A stretch of 64,000 nucleotides of DNA from Scyliorhinus canicula (Eukaryota), in the NCBI RefSeq assembly GCF_902713615.1, contig NC_052160.1:58248719-58312718 (forward strand), given 5' to 3'. Shown piece after piece: positions 63,042 to 64,000 of this stretch. The position numbers and the translations under genes were made by a program. A model generated the notes under the pieces. It saw nothing but the letters and a program-made list of their open reading frames with translations, was not told where the DNA came from and made no database searches. Every line of letters starts with the position of its first letter. Position 1 is the first letter of the stretch.

Positions 63042-63322
63042 GGTGGCGGAACGCTGGTTAGCACTGCGGCCTCACATTGCCAGGGACTCGGGATCAATTC
63101 AGGCCTCGGGTGGCTGTCTGAGTGGAGTTTGCACTTTCTCCCCGTATCTGCATGGATTTCTTCCAGTTTCCTCCCACAGTCCCAAGATGTGCAGGTTAGG
63201 TAGATTGGCCATAATAAAATGGCCCCTGAGCAGATTAGGTGGGGCCTGGGTGCTCTTTCAGAGGATTGGTCAGACTGGATGGGCCAAATGTCCTCCTGCA
63301 CTATAGGGATTCTATGATTCTA
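63042..63322 (+). mobile_element. HE1/V-SINE with CR1-type tail
   Basis: Head, V-core, tail ending gggattctatgattcta. Confidence 0.85.
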
Positions 63323-63790
63323 AGGTTGTGTAGCAGGAGTGGTATTTGGAAAGCATGAGATTATCGGGGCCAGCTAAACCTGACATGTGAACAGTGATTG
63401 AACCACAACAAACAGTTTTATTAAATTCCTGTAAATTATGTCATCGCCAGCAGCAACAGCCTGCATGTTAGAACAGGCCACCAAACTATAGAATATATTT
63501 TCCCCTTCTTATTTTCTTCGCCCTACTTTCATGTATGTTCCTTTCTAGCTGGATATACTGGCTCCATAATCTTCCATTTTACAGACCAGGCGGGGTCTGT
63601 AAGGTAAGTAGTAGCAGGTCTCCAAGTCTTTCCTTGGATGGGGTCATGGATTGATCCTCCTGATCTTCTTGGCCCACACCAGACAGCACATTAATGCATC
63701 ACATTCAGTGAATCTAAAGGTTGTTCCTGAACCTGATGAGGTGACATCTGGTTGAGGCGCTGGGGGAAAAGAGGTCAGCATAACTTTTAC

Positions 63791-63881
63791 CTTAATATCC
63801 CAGATTGCCATTCCACCATCCATACCAGTGGTGCAAAACTTCGAACAATTCTTCTTTCCACCCTCGAGAACGGAGATTTGG
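63791..63881 (-). CDS. ARPC1B: ARPC1B penultimate coding exon ([30 protein letters not shown])
   Basis: 91 nt, ttacag|...AAG|gtaaaa on minus strand; QISVL..GGK and TTGMDGGM fit ARPC1B rather than ARPC1A (QVSIYE/TTGIDGAM). Confidence 0.9.
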
Positions 63882-63945
63882 CTGTAATGAAAATGAAGAG
63901 TTAAGGACAATGTTTTGACTTTCCTATTATAAATCTAGAAATACT

Positions 63946-64000
63946 GGGGATGGCACAGTGGTTAGCACTGCTGTCTCACAGCACCAAGGACCAGGGTTCA
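63946..64000 (+). mobile_element. V-SINE head, cut by window edge
   Basis: ggcacagtggttagcactgctgtctcacagcacc. Confidence 0.7.

Noticed and set aside
1..64000. CRISPR array, operon or prokaryotic defence system
   Set aside because: No regularly spaced direct repeats; spliced vertebrate genes and retroelements explain the window.

Overview
Eukaryotic, repeat-rich vertebrate DNA. The HE1/V-SINE, HER1-like CR1, fish-type L1 and Penelope content points to a cartilaginous fish (shark; inference). The window holds the last seven coding exons and long 3'UTR of WIPI2 (+ strand, 4061-29166, UTR to about 33.9 kb) and, tail-to-tail, the last two coding exons of ARPC1B (- strand, 62508-63881). Almost all long ORFs in the track come from L1 and CR1 retrotransposons. 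No prokaryote-type system or CRISPR array is present. The most interesting signals are in the mobile DNA: (1) a U_UUA_AAC -1 frameshift-type slippery site at the ORF1/ORF2 junction of two different CR1 families; (2) a 228-bp TSD-flanked Penelope-derived foldback element with two minimal hammerhead-ribozyme motifs; (3) SINEs sharing one head with three LINE-type tails, plus a second head on one of those tails; (4) a four-level retroelement nest that includes an internally deleted L1 with both termini. Family names are from recognition, not database searches.
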